Positions 16,458 to 25,572 of a stretch of 29,250 bases of DNA are shown piece by piece. The DNA is taken from the IMG/VR virus record IMGVR_UViG_3300017766_000528, positions 1 through 29,250 of that record, one strand, 5' to 3'. The translations under genes were made by a program, and so were the position numbers. The number at the start of each line of letters is the position of its first letter. The stretch's first letter is position 1. The notes under the pieces are model-generated. The model was given only the letters and a program-made list of their open reading frames with translations. It was not told the origin of the DNA and ran no database searches. This DNA comes from a virus (Duplodnaviria; Caudoviricetes).

Positions 16458-17141
16458 TCAGAATCGAGGCATACCACGGATCCAGCTGCCGCCTTGGACT
16501 GTTCCGCCTTGAATCCCACCAACGCTAGACGAAACAGATCCACGCCCAAGCGATCCGGGATTCGGGCTTCCGAAAGCTGAGTTCATCATCATTCCGACTT
16601 GAAGTCCAGACGCAATTCCATTCATCAGGATCGGGCCCATGCTCACGCTTGCCGGAGGAGGAAGTGGTGAAGGATATCCGCTGTTGATGATGCTCTGACC
16701 ACGGCTGTAGATGGCCTGAGCTTCCCGGTTTGTCTGGGCAGTCATGTTGCTGATGTTCCTGATCGCGGCAGACTCAAACTCAAGGACATCCCGCTCGAAC
16801 TGCTGGTGAACAAGATCGACGGTTCGTCCCTCGATTCCCGTTTCAGCGGTCACTGCTGCGTAGCTGGAGGAAGCCTGACGAGAGTCCCGCGTGATGTTCT
16901 GGAGCTCCTGCTTGACGGCGTCGATCTGCTGGTTCCTCTGGGCAAACAGCGCGTCTGTCTGAAGCCCTACATCCTTCCTGACGCCTTCCACGGTCTTCCA
17001 GTAGGCTTCATCCTGAGCCTTGCCCATCTCGCCCCTATAGCGATTCTGGGCCCGCGCAGCCGACGAGGCGGCTTGTCCTTGCGCCACCATGTTTCCGGCC
17101 CCAACAAGGACGCCGACTGTTGCGCTTACTGGGTCACACAT
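16458..17141 (-). CDS. Internal virion protein B (T7 gp14-like)
   Basis: MCDPVS start, Ala/Gln-rich helix, AETGIEGRTVD motif (gp14 A..GV.G.SV); synteny. Confidence 0.85.
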   Translation of the reverse strand: MCDPVSATVGVLVGAGNMVAQGQAASSAARAQNRYRGEMGKAQDEAYWKTVEGVRKDVGLQTDALFAQRNQQIDAVKQELQNITRDSRQASSSYAAVTAETGIEGRTVDLVHQQFERDVLEFESAAIRNISNMTAQTNREAQAIYSRGQSIINSGYPSPLPPPASVSMGPILMNGIASGLQVGMMMNSAFGSPNPGSLGRGSVSSSVGGIQGGTVQGGSWIRGMPRF

Positions 17142-17598
17142 TGTTTTGGATCCTGATGAACTGGTAGAAGAGTTTCTTCTCGAACCCGAAGTCTGGATGT
17201 TCGGAGATAAAGGTGAAGCCTAGCCAATGAAGCCATCGGATATGCACGGTGTTCCGAGCGTCGATGAAGTTGTAGAGGATCGGGTAGTTAGACTGAAATC
17301 TGTCCACCCATTCCTTGGAGATCCTTAGAAATTCAAACTTATGGCTATGGATATGGTCACTTCCCAACATCCATATCCGTCCAATGGATGAATTCTGGTC
17401 TCGACCGATGCCGAATACGCAGAGAATCGAATCTCCAGCAGTCATCGTGTAGCATTCGATGGAGGCATCCATTCCAGCAAGCAATGCCTCTATTGGAAGA
17501 AGACCGCTAGACGCCCAGACCTCATCGACATCCGCCTTTCGCAGATGTGGGCCAAGTATGAAGGCGTCTTGTCTCCTTGCTGGCCGGATCTCAATCAC
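17134..17598 (-). CDS. T7 gp13-like protein (GNAT-like fold, DUF2833-like)
   Basis: LRKADVDEVWA...FGI.....GRIWMLGS...LYNFIDARNTVHIRWLHWLGFTF. Confidence 0.88.
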   Translation of the reverse strand: MIEIRPARRQDAFILGPHLRKADVDEVWASSGLLPIEALLAGMDASIECYTMTAGDSILCVFGIGRDQNSSIGRIWMLGSDHIHSHKFEFLRISKEWVDRFQSNYPILYNFIDARNTVHIRWLHWLGFTFISEHPDFGFEKKLFYQFIRIQNNV

Positions 17599-20117
17599 GA
17601 ATACCTCTGAGCACGGTCCACATAGTCTCCCTCGACTTCCGCACTCAGAAGTTTGCAGGGTAGGGCCGTTTCATTCACGATTGTAACGATGACCCCGGTG
17701 TTTCGCCCGTAGATTGGAACCCTGAATGAACCTCGGTTCAGGTAGATCTGGTTGAGTACAGAGGAGCCGGTGATCGTTCCGCTGTAGTCGTATTCATAGG
17801 AGGTCTCGCCGTTGTTCTGCACCTTCACCTTGAAGAAGGAAGTGTCTTCGTACAGCAGCGAGATGTTTCGGAGCTGGTAGCGACCGCTCTGTAGTGCGGA
17901 CTCTCCCTGACTCAGCCCACGCATACCGGATCGTCCAAGAAGCCAGAACTGGGAGAACTGGTACTTCATCTCATACTTCATTCCGATCCAGACTTGAATG
18001 CCGCTGTAGTCTCCGCGAACAGAGATGGTTCCAGCCGCATCGGATGAGGAGTTGTAGGAGGTTCCGGAGATGACCGTTACAGACGAGCCGTTGGTGGTGT
18101 ACACCGCGCTCTTCCCGGCCACATATGAATACGGCTTGGGAAGACCCCATGTAGTCAGTCCGGTCGTTGAGTTGTACGATCCGATATTGACATCCATGTA
18201 AACCCGTTGATCCAGATGCGTCACCCAATTTGAATCCTTCAGGATCGCGGAATCAGTGAGTTCAGATCCAAGCTTGATCTTCTCTAGGACCGGAATCGAA
18301 GAGTTCCCGCGAAGCAGGAGGACATACAGGTTCATGTCCACGAACTCAGCCCATACCACCTTGGCGATTCCTCCAGTGGCCGCGTCTGGAAACTCGTATT
18401 TGAACCACGCAGACTGGGCAACGCCTTCGCTGGACTTCAGGTACTTGTAGAGGTACAGGACTCCGTTGGAGACGATCAACGCCATGTCCTCTTGTGCAGT
18501 GGCGGCAATATGAGCTGGCTTGCTTGCGATGTAGTTCGGAACGACTTCTGAAACCGTATTGACAATGTATGAACCGTCGATGTTCTGCTGGGGGATGAGT
18601 TCTCGAACTCCGGTGTATCCGTTTCCCCTGTTGTATGCAAAGTAGATCGACAGTCCAGAAGAGATTGGCTGGATGTCCGAGTAGTTCTCGTAGTCACCGA
18701 CAGGCAGCAGAGCCACCGACTTGGGGCTGAGGATCTCTCCACCACGCAGGACTAGCTGGCTGCTGTCGGTGAACAGGATGAGCTCGGTGTTGAAGACCGT
18801 TCCGGACTTGAGCTTTCCTACCTTGGGGCTGGACGAGGCGACATCGATGGGATCAGAGTCAGGAACATCAATGACGGTGGTTCGCCAGAAGTTGAAGAAC
18901 TCCGACACCTCGCTGAGGATGATGTTCTCGTCGCTCAGGAACCCAAGACGGTTCTTGAACAGCACGATGTTGTTGATCGGCACTCCGACAAACGACGGAG
19001 CACCGTTGGTCAGGCCATCTCCAACCAGCCTGTCGCTCCACTTGTATCCGCTGTAGTCGGATCCAGCAGGGGAAGTGGGTGAGGATGGCGTGGTTCCATC
19101 GGCCTTCTTGAACAGGAACGACCCATCAGACTGCCTGATCAGAATATGCGGCATCGTCGCATAGTCGTACTTGTACTTGGCGCTTGGAGCGATGGACTCG
19201 ATCCAGATGCCACGGGCAAATGTCTGGTCGTTCTCCGTGGAGAACTTGACATAGTAGTCATCGATCTCGCTTTCAGGAGCACCGAGAATGCGCACAACAT
19301 AGGCATCGGGAGCAGTGCTGGGAAGATCCTCGAACCTCTGCACGGTGTCGCGGATGAGAATGGCTCCCTGACCTCCAAGATCGTCCTCGATGGTGATCTT
19401 GAAATCGGCGCTTCTGGTGATCTGAACCACGCCATCCTTTGATGTGGCGGTGTATGCCGGAGAACCCTGACCACTGAGGGCAGAAGCCAGCTGTTCCGCA
19501 ACATGGTCGGTTCCGATATTGGTATTGGCCGTCTTATGGTTGACCGTGATCGATCCCGTTCCGTCTGAATTGGTGACGGTGATCGAAAAGTTCCGATCTT
19601 GATTGCTCTGCTTGATGTAGACCAGAGCGTTCCTCAGGTAGTTGATGGCGGTGCTCGTGTCCGCTGCAAGGGCCGGTTTCATCGTGGTGTTGGAGTTCAC
19701 GACGAATGTGACATCGGCCACCGTCAACAGCTTGATCTTGCTCCGGTCAGTGTTGACAAGATATGCCTTCGCCCCAGTCCCATAATGCACCGTCTGCTTG
19801 GTCCCGTCCAGCTTATAGACTTCAATGAGGTTGTCTGCTTCAGTTGCAGATGGCCTGATGAACACGAAATACTGCTCGGTGGTATCCCGGAGGATCAAGT
19901 GCGGCTTGAAAGAAACCTCGGTAACCGTCGTGTAGATGGTGTTCGATGCGTTCCTGATCTCGGTGACCTTGGAGGTCGGATGCCTCTTGATCAGGCCCTC
20001 CACGGGGCTTGGAAACGCATTCACCATGTCTTCGCACTGGTTTGGACTTCGGATCGATGGAGCCTGTTGACTGACTCCTCCGATGAGGTTTGGGATCGAC
20101 TGCGTCAGAAGAGGCAT
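17595..20117 (-). CDS. Tail tubular protein B / nozzle (T7 gp12-like)
   Basis: QSIPNLIGGVSQQ, EGLIKRHPT, TVADVTFVVN, TMPHILIR, RLVGD..TN.APSFVG, FKNRLGFLSDENIILS, DSDPIDV, QSAWFKY. Confidence 0.97.
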   Translation of the reverse strand: MPLLTQSIPNLIGGVSQQAPSIRSPNQCEDMVNAFPSPVEGLIKRHPTSKVTEIRNASNTIYTTVTEVSFKPHLILRDTTEQYFVFIRPSATEADNLIEVYKLDGTKQTVHYGTGAKAYLVNTDRSKIKLLTVADVTFVVNSNTTMKPALAADTSTAINYLRNALVYIKQSNQDRNFSITVTNSDGTGSITVNHKTANTNIGTDHVAEQLASALSGQGSPAYTATSKDGVVQITRSADFKITIEDDLGGQGAILIRDTVQRFEDLPSTAPDAYVVRILGAPESEIDDYYVKFSTENDQTFARGIWIESIAPSAKYKYDYATMPHILIRQSDGSFLFKKADGTTPSSPTSPAGSDYSGYKWSDRLVGDGLTNGAPSFVGVPINNIVLFKNRLGFLSDENIILSEVSEFFNFWRTTVIDVPDSDPIDVASSSPKVGKLKSGTVFNTELILFTDSSQLVLRGGEILSPKSVALLPVGDYENYSDIQPISSGLSIYFAYNRGNGYTGVRELIPQQNIDGSYIVNTVSEVVPNYIASKPAHIAATAQEDMALIVSNGVLYLYKYLKSSEGVAQSAWFKYEFPDAATGGIAKVVWAEFVDMNLYVLLLRGNSSIPVLEKIKLGSELTDSAILKDSNWVTHLDQRVYMDVNIGSYNSTTGLTTWGLPKPYSYVAGKSAVYTTNGSSVTVISGTSYNSSSDAAGTISVRGDYSGIQVWIGMKYEMKYQFSQFWLLGRSGMRGLSQGESALQSGRYQLRNISLLYEDTSFFKVKVQNNGETSYEYDYSGTITGSSVLNQIYLNRGSFRVPIYGRNTGVIVTIVNETALPCKLLSAEVEGDYVDRAQRYS

Positions 20118-20710
20118 CAGTAGGTCCTGTAGGATGCGTTGCGGTTGATCGCGCTCAGGGTGCTGTACTCATCGAAGATGTTGTGGTCGGCGGTGTCGTT
20201 CTCGTATGACCGGAGGCGAACCAGCGACATCATTTCATCCTGATTGTTGAAGACATGGTGCTTCTCCGATCCCAGCATCCTGTCGCAGAAGATCCTTGCT
20301 GCCCGAATGGTGATGTAGTTGCGGGCTGCATCCGGCATCTCGTTGAACTCAAGCAGGATGACCCGCTCGACCGCGACAGAGCCCGAGAAGGCATAGCTGT
20401 TGCTCACGCGGTCATAGAGCCTGTTCCCACGCAGCACGATGTCCAGCTCGGTGTACCTGTATGGATCGACATCGACGCGAACGGTGTTCTCCGAGACATA
20501 GATGTTCCCGTTCGTGTCTGGAGAAAGAGTGACATTGTGCTCGGTGTTGAAGTGCCATCCATATCCCTGAACATCACGGGAAACCTCATCGAGGATCTGC
20601 TCGGCAATGTTGCTGTCTGCCCGCTGGGAACTCAGCGTATTGACTGGAGGCTCTCCGATTGCCGAGAGCATGGTGTTGACTGCCTGAAGCTTCGTGGTGG
20701 TTGAAAGCAT
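20117..20710 (-). CDS. Tail tubular protein A / gatekeeper (T7 gp11-like)
   Basis: LQAVNTMLSAIGEPPVNTL, VQGYGWHFNTE, RGNRLYDR, MPDAARNYITIRAARIF. Confidence 0.97.
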   Translation of the reverse strand: MLSTTTKLQAVNTMLSAIGEPPVNTLSSQRADSNIAEQILDEVSRDVQGYGWHFNTEHNVTLSPDTNGNIYVSENTVRVDVDPYRYTELDIVLRGNRLYDRVSNSYAFSGSVAVERVILLEFNEMPDAARNYITIRAARIFCDRMLGSEKHHVFNNQDEMMSLVRLRSYENDTADHNIFDEYSTLSAINRNASYRTY

Positions 20711-20721
20711 GGATGAACCTC

Positions 20722-20758
20722 AATAAATAGGAGGTGGGCTCCAGAGGAACCCACCCCC
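20722..20758 (-). terminator. Terminator downstream of the capsid gene (T-phi position)
   Basis: Minus strand GGGGGTGGGTTCC-TCT-GGAGCCCACCTCC followed by TATTTATT. Confidence 0.8.
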
Positions 20759-20793
20759 TTTGGGTTGTGGTGTCAGCCTTTCGGCTGGTCAGA

Positions 20794-21903
20794 TCACTGC
20801 GTGATGAGCTCGATGCAGCACTCCTCGCGAAGGACATTGTGGCCCATCGCGTACTTCGCAAGCATCAGGGTTCCAAGGCGATCCATAATGTACTCGCTCT
20901 CGACCGAAAGGTCCATCAGCTTGACCGTGCCGACAGCGTCGGAATGGAAGACGATGCCCTTGGTGAAGCGGTAGTCCAGACCGGAGTAACCAGCATCGGT
21001 AGTACCGTTGACATCATTCTTGATGCCAGACGCTCCGTGGAGCGTAGACTGATTGCTGGATTCGTTGGCAGTGGGGATGTGGTTCGACTTGAGGACCCTA
21101 ATTCCAGCCACTTCGACCACGGTTCCGCTGGCAAGCGAGCCCGCGCCGCCGTAGTCCTTGTTGATCGCAACGCCGATCTTCGAGGAATCGCCACGGACAA
21201 GGAGGTAGTAGGTTGCGGGATCAAGGACGGCAACGCGCCCGTCAGACGGAACATTCTTCTCGTCCATCTTCTGAGCTGCCGTAAAGAGCCCAATCACGAC
21301 CTCTTCGGCAGTAAGAGTACCGGAGGTCATGTCGATCTGCTCACCAAGGAACTGCTTGCTGGTCGCTGCGGCGGTTCCAAAGCGATCAGTGGCGATGCGA
21401 GCACCGGCGATGACGGTACGGATCAGGTTCTTGTCCGCCGCATAGGCGAGAGCACGACCGATCTCCTTCGAGTAAGTCGAACGGACATCGTAGTGATTCT
21501 TCATATCGTCAATGTCGGCAACGAAGCACGAGCTGAGGAGAATGTCATCGATGTAGATGATCTTCTCGTTGTGGCGGAGCCTCGACAGGTACTTGGCCGA
21601 GCCGGTATCGGTAGCCGTACCAGTTGCGAAGGTTGAAGCAGAAGCGCCAAGGTAGCCAGTGCTTGCACCCGTGGAGAGCACGGACTCACCCGGAGTGTGG
21701 TAGGCAGCCGTAGCAACGCCGGTGACGGCAAAGGTAGCCGACTTGCCGCTGCTGATGGTGCGAACCTTGGTCAGGGGAAGCATGAGGTTGGCTTCCTCGA
21801 AGACCGAGATGATCTCGCCGCTGAAAACCTTGAGAAAGAGTGCGTCAGCGTCGTTGGCCAGATTGACCTGACCAATACGAGACGGAGTGGTCTGAATGGG
21901 CAT
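20794..21903 (-). CDS. Major capsid protein (T7 gp10-like)
   Basis: ALFLKVFSGEI, RTISSGKSATF, YHTPGE, IDDILLSS.FVADIDD..NHYDVRSTYSKEIGRALA, AKYAMGHNVLREE. Confidence 0.98.
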   Translation of the reverse strand: MPIQTTPSRIGQVNLANDADALFLKVFSGEIISVFEEANLMLPLTKVRTISSGKSATFAVTGVATAAYHTPGESVLSTGASTGYLGASASTFATGTATDTGSAKYLSRLRHNEKIIYIDDILLSSCFVADIDDMKNHYDVRSTYSKEIGRALAYAADKNLIRTVIAGARIATDRFGTAAATSKQFLGEQIDMTSGTLTAEEVVIGLFTAAQKMDEKNVPSDGRVAVLDPATYYLLVRGDSSKIGVAINKDYGGAGSLASGTVVEVAGIRVLKSNHIPTANESSNQSTLHGASGIKNDVNGTTDAGYSGLDYRFTKGIVFHSDAVGTVKLMDLSVESEYIMDRLGTLMLAKYAMGHNVLREECCIELITQ

Positions 21904-21919
21904 TGATGTTTCCTAGAAA

Positions 21920-21989
21920 GAGTTGCGTGTACAAGTCTTGACCTGTAGGCGCTACTCTTGAGGTTATCCCACGCATGGGGCCGCAACTC
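21920..21989 (-). promoter_or_regulatory. Structured leader upstream of the capsid gene
   Basis: Outer stem GAGTTGCG/CGCAACTC encloses hairpins CCCA-TGCG-TGGG and GTAG-CGC-CTAC; it ends just before the AGGA RBS. Confidence 0.55.
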
Positions 21990-22006
21990 GCCACCCGTTC
22001 CATCCG

Positions 22007-22333
22007 TCAAGAAGATGAAACTTCCTTAGACTCGTCTTCATCAACAAATCGAGGAGGAACGCAGTACCAGCCCTCTGGAATGACAACGGTGTTGTCACTG
22101 AGGGTCCACTCTCCGTTGATCAGCAGATACACCTTGGTCTTGCAGTTCGGTCCCACCCTGATCGGGCTTGCTTCGGGAATGAACACGGCTCTGCTGCACC
22201 CACTGGCGGATCCGAGAACCAGCACGACGAAGAAGAGAAGGATTGCGATCAGCGGATACCGCAGTGCGGGTGAATTGATAAGCCCGTACAAGCGACTCAA
22301 GGACACCGATGATGAGGGCCTTGACCAACCCAT
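22007..22333 (-). CDS. Putative o-spanin-like lipoprotein (start uncertain)
   Basis: Hydrophobic LIAILLFFVVLVLG followed by the lipobox-like SASG-C; short Pro-containing mature part; overlaps 22095-22337 in another frame. Confidence 0.6.
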   Translation of the reverse strand: MGWSRPSSSVSLSRLYGLINSPALRYPLIAILLFFVVLVLGSASGCSRAVFIPEASPIRVGPNCKTKVYLLINGEWTLSDNTVVIPEGWYCVPPRFVDEDESKEVSSS

Positions 22334-22337
22334 TCAC
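22095..22337 (-). CDS. Putative i-spanin-like protein
   Basis: GTG start coupled by GTGA overlap to the holin-like stop; N-terminal hydrophobic LVKALIIGVLESLV, then a basic helical segment. Confidence 0.5.
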   Translation of the reverse strand: MNGLVKALIIGVLESLVRAYQFTRTAVSADRNPSLLRRAGSRIRQWVQQSRVHSRSKPDQGGTELQDQGVSADQRRVDPQ

Positions 22338-22531
22338 TTAGCCCCCGCGCTTTCGCTGGTCACATTGTTGTCGCGAGCAAAGATCAGGCCGATTCCAGCC
22401 ATGACCGCGCTGGCGGTGACCGCAATGTCGATGGTCGTGTTCGGATCGTTGTCAAAGACGGCGGTGAGCGCGGATCCGATTGCAGTGAGAATTGCGGCAA
22501 CGCCGGTGACGGTGGTCTTCCAAGAGTTCAT
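22334..22531 (-). CDS. Small two-TM membrane protein, holin-like
   Basis: 65 aa; SWKTTVTGVAAILTAIGSAL and IAVTASAVMAGIGLIFARD hydrophobic segments; AAGGAG RBS. Confidence 0.7.
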   Translation of the reverse strand: MNSWKTTVTGVAAILTAIGSALTAVFDNDPNTTIDIAVTASAVMAGIGLIFARDNNVTSESAGAK

Positions 22532-22540
22532 GTGTGCTCC

Positions 22541-23293
22541 TTAGCGGGAATTGACATTCAGGATATTGCTGTTCTTCAGGCGATTCTCGATGTCACGCCG
22601 ATATGCCGGATCCTTGTGATATCGAGGATCCTTCATTGCCGAAGTCAGCTCGGCAACGCTTCGGAATGTCCCGCCGGAAGGACCAATGGTGTCGCCTTGG
22701 ACGAGCTTGGACGGAGACCCGTTGCTCTGCGAGAAGCGAGCCTGAAGCCCGCGAACGGCCATCTGCATCGAGGCAGGGTTTCCCTGCTCCATGATGGCGT
22801 TGAAAGCCTCGATCTCCTGCTCGTCCAGCGATTCAGAAGCCCATTCCAGCATGGAGTTGTACTTCTCCTCTCCTCCGGCAATCGAGTAGATCTGCTGGGT
22901 CTGCTTCTCGGTGATGGCGTTGAGTCCATCAAGGTAGTTGCGAACCACATTCTCGGGGATCCCGTTGGATGCGAGCTTCGTAATGCTCTCTTCGCTGAGG
23001 CTGCCGTTTTCGGCGTATTCCTTGGAGAAGGAGTCGAAGTCCAATGTCCCCCGAGTACCGGCGTCAGCCTGTGGAATGCTCTTTGGCTTTTCCGCAGGGG
23101 TTGAGAAACGCCTCTCCAGCTCGGAGTATGCCTTGGCAAGATCCTCGGGGGACTTGAACTTCTCCGGAAGCCATTCAGGACGATCCTCGGGTGCGGGGTT
23201 CGTCTGTGCTTCCGTCTCCTCCCGAATTGCCTGTTCCATGGCAGTGTCGGGGGGAGCTTCCTTTGTGATGGTGATTGACTGGTGGTTGCTCAT
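22541..23293 (-). CDS. Capsid scaffolding/assembly protein (T7 gp9-like)
   Basis: RPEWLPEKFKSPEDLAKAYSELE, AGGEEKYNSMLEWA, AMKDPRYHKDPAYR. Confidence 0.96.
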   Translation of the reverse strand: MSNHQSITITKEAPPDTAMEQAIREETEAQTNPAPEDRPEWLPEKFKSPEDLAKAYSELERRFSTPAEKPKSIPQADAGTRGTLDFDSFSKEYAENGSLSEESITKLASNGIPENVVRNYLDGLNAITEKQTQQIYSIAGGEEKYNSMLEWASESLDEQEIEAFNAIMEQGNPASMQMAVRGLQARFSQSNGSPSKLVQGDTIGPSGGTFRSVAELTSAMKDPRYHKDPAYRRDIENRLKNSNILNVNSR

Positions 23294-24819
23294 TGTGCGT
23301 TCTTCATGTTGGCCTGAAGGACCTTGCCGCCCTCAGCCATTGCCTGATTTCCATGCTGTGCAAGAAGCTGCATCTGCATGGCCTGTTGCTGCTCCATCTG
23401 GAGCTGCTCCTCGGACTTTACCAGACCGGCGGTGTCGATTCCAAGGGAAGCTGCCCGCCTGTTGAGATATTCACGAACATCGATGTACTGCTGAATCATC
23501 TGCGGACCAAGGATCTGACCGATTCCCTGTAGGTAGATATCCAGCCTGTTGAGATCGTTTCCACGACCAAGAGCATCGATTCCGGTGACGATGGTCGGAG
23601 TGACGAAATCCTTGGGGAGCTTCGGCATCCGCTTGGTCTTGGTGAGTCGATCAATGACCCGCCCAACCAGAGGAAGTTGAAACTCCTGCGAGAGGATGGA
23701 GTAGATGCCTCCAAGCTGACGCTCGATGCTCTGGGTGACCAGTCGGACTTCTTCCGCCGTGACGCGCTCGGCGTTGCGAATGGTCGCCTCGGTCAGCAGG
23801 AATGCATAGCTCAGTCTTTCGGAGATTCCCTGAGCCGTGGACAGGGCGACCTGAAGATCGGCCCCCTTGTTCGCCTGAAGCACCGTGACATCCGCAGCAT
23901 TGCCCTCCCGGATGGCCCCATTGGGAGCCTGAGCCAGCGTCTTAGCCCTCGTGGTTCCGGTCGGATTCACGAGGAACAGAAGCTTGGCTGAGGCTGCTGC
24001 GGCCTCCACGATGCTCTTGGACAGGCTTTCGAGGGAGATCAGGTCTCCAAGATACTGCTCGACATAGGAGCGTCCATAGTCTTCTCCGTCCACCCGGTTC
24101 ATCCGCAGGGCTAGGAATGGGCTCTGCTCGATCGGGTAGGTTCCATAGGAGTCTGGAACAATCTCTCCCTCGACCTCCTGATACACCTCGACCCGGTCCC
24201 GCATCCGATGGCAACAGGTGTAGATGTCCACCGTGTTGTCGTGGTTGCACATACAGGACTTGACGAAAGGCTGGATTTCCTCTGGGAGCATGGCCGGAGC
24301 CACGGTCTCCTTGATGATGATCTTCTTCGCATTGCCCATTGGATCGCGCTTGACCACGAATCGATCCAGCTTGATCACGCGCATTGGACCATCGTCGGGA
24401 AAGTAGAGGACAACGGATCCACAGACGATCAGCTGCTTGATGGCCTCAAACAGGCTGCTGCGGATTCCCTGTGACTCGATTTCCTTCTGAACCCTGCGCT
24501 CAAGCTCGGACAGGCTGGTATCCACCTCGGCCTTTGCGTTTGGAGAAAGGGCCATGAGCCTGTTCTGCGCCTTGGCGTCGAGCACAAAGCGGAAGAACGG
24601 GGCATTCGGTGGAAGCAGGGACAGAAGCAGGGCACTGGCTAGGTTGTTGACTCCACGAGCTCCGACAGACTGGTATGGCGTCGGCAGCCGCTGGGCGGAT
24701 TGATCGCCATCGTCGGTCATCAGGTGGGGCAGGGTCAGCCTTGAGCAGTCACGCGCCCGCTGCAAATAGGAGTAGCGGCCATTCTCCATCTCGCTGTAGG
24801 CCGACTTTGCGGTGTGCAT
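23290..24819 (-). CDS. Portal / head-tail connector (T7 gp8-like)
   Basis: PYQSVGARGVNNLASALLLSLLPPNAPFF, GEDYGRSYVE.YLGDL.SLE.L, RNAERVTAEEVR, LGGIYSILSQEFQLP. Confidence 0.98.
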   Translation of the reverse strand: MHTAKSAYSEMENGRYSYLQRARDCSRLTLPHLMTDDGDQSAQRLPTPYQSVGARGVNNLASALLLSLLPPNAPFFRFVLDAKAQNRLMALSPNAKAEVDTSLSELERRVQKEIESQGIRSSLFEAIKQLIVCGSVVLYFPDDGPMRVIKLDRFVVKRDPMGNAKKIIIKETVAPAMLPEEIQPFVKSCMCNHDNTVDIYTCCHRMRDRVEVYQEVEGEIVPDSYGTYPIEQSPFLALRMNRVDGEDYGRSYVEQYLGDLISLESLSKSIVEAAAASAKLLFLVNPTGTTRAKTLAQAPNGAIREGNAADVTVLQANKGADLQVALSTAQGISERLSYAFLLTEATIRNAERVTAEEVRLVTQSIERQLGGIYSILSQEFQLPLVGRVIDRLTKTKRMPKLPKDFVTPTIVTGIDALGRGNDLNRLDIYLQGIGQILGPQMIQQYIDVREYLNRRAASLGIDTAGLVKSEEQLQMEQQQAMQMQLLAQHGNQAMAEGGKVLQANMKNAQ

Positions 24820-24822
24820 GGA

Positions 24823-25035
24823 TCACATCCCCGGCACATTCGTGCCAGTCTGAGGAATGGTCAGGGCTCGCTTGCCCTTCTTCTTGTAGCCAACCTGATC
24901 GATCATCCGTGCCCGAGCAGGAGTGCTCTGGATCATCTGGTTGATCTGGGGAGCAATCTGCGGAGCAGGAGGAAGGGTGACTGGAGTTGCAGTTGACTGG
25001 TACTGCGGACCACGGCTACCTCCACCAAAGCACAT
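24823..25035 (-). CDS. Small virion assembly protein (gp7.3-like position)
   Basis: MCFGGG start, Pro-rich middle, basic KKKGKRALTI..G.NVP end; directly upstream of portal. Confidence 0.75.
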   Translation of the reverse strand: MCFGGGSRGPQYQSTATPVTLPPAPQIAPQINQMIQSTPARARMIDQVGYKKKGKRALTIPQTGTNVPGM

Positions 25036-25223
25036 CAGGACACCTCATTCTGTTCGTTGAAGACCTCGCGAAGCATTCGGACAACAGCCCGTTTGCCCGC
25101 GTAATAAAAGATGTCCCGCTCGCTCATGTCGAGATCGGGACACTTTTCGGGGAGCATCCGTTCAAGCCTCTCCAAGAGACTGAATGGAACAGACGGAAAT
25201 TCGCCGTCCTTAGATTCATTCAA
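25035..25223 (-). CDS. Conserved small hypothetical protein of T7-like podoviruses
   Basis: P.VP..LLERLERMLPEKCP.......IFYYAGKRAVVRML pattern commonly seen upstream of portal. Confidence 0.75.
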   Translation of the reverse strand: MNESKDGEFPSVPFSLLERLERMLPEKCPDLDMSERDIFYYAGKRAVVRMLREVFNEQNEVS

Positions 25224-25572
25224 GGAAGAATCCTCCTGAGGCTTCCTTCTCCTTACGCTCGGAGTGGATTGCGTAGAAAATCACGATGTAGTTGATGACA
25301 TCGAGGACGGTGTCGAGAACCTTCTCATCGGATACTTCGTATTTGAGGCTGGAATCAGCAAGGGTGTTGAGGCGGGAGATCTTGTCGCTGAGACGGACAA
25401 GTACACCAGTCTCGGTCTTGCATAGTCCCAGTTCCTCGCACTTGGTGAAGTTGAGGAAGGCGTGAGTCGCATCCTTACCGCCGCTGTAGTCATGGTTCTT
25501 CTTTCGGGAAAGCTCACGGGCCTGATCGCACAGCTTCTGGTGAAGTTCCATCAGTTCTTCGCGGGTTGCCAT
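25216..25572 (-). CDS. DUF1599 / nucleotide-modification-associated domain 1-like protein
   Basis: KKNHDYSG...NF...E.LG.....GVLVRLSDKISRL...DEKVLDTVLDVINY, an all-alpha NTP-pyrophosphatase-like pattern. Confidence 0.75.
   Translation of the reverse strand: MATREELMELHQKLCDQARELSRKKNHDYSGGKDATHAFLNFTKCEELGLCKTETGVLVRLSDKISRLNTLADSSLKYEVSDEKVLDTVLDVINYIVIFYAIHSERKEKEASGGFFLE

Noticed and set aside
20586-20861. Possible T7 gp10B-like frameshift extension of the capsid
   Set aside because: No clear slippery sequence near the capsid 3' end; the alternative frame crosses the terminator and overlaps gp11 without a recognisable domain
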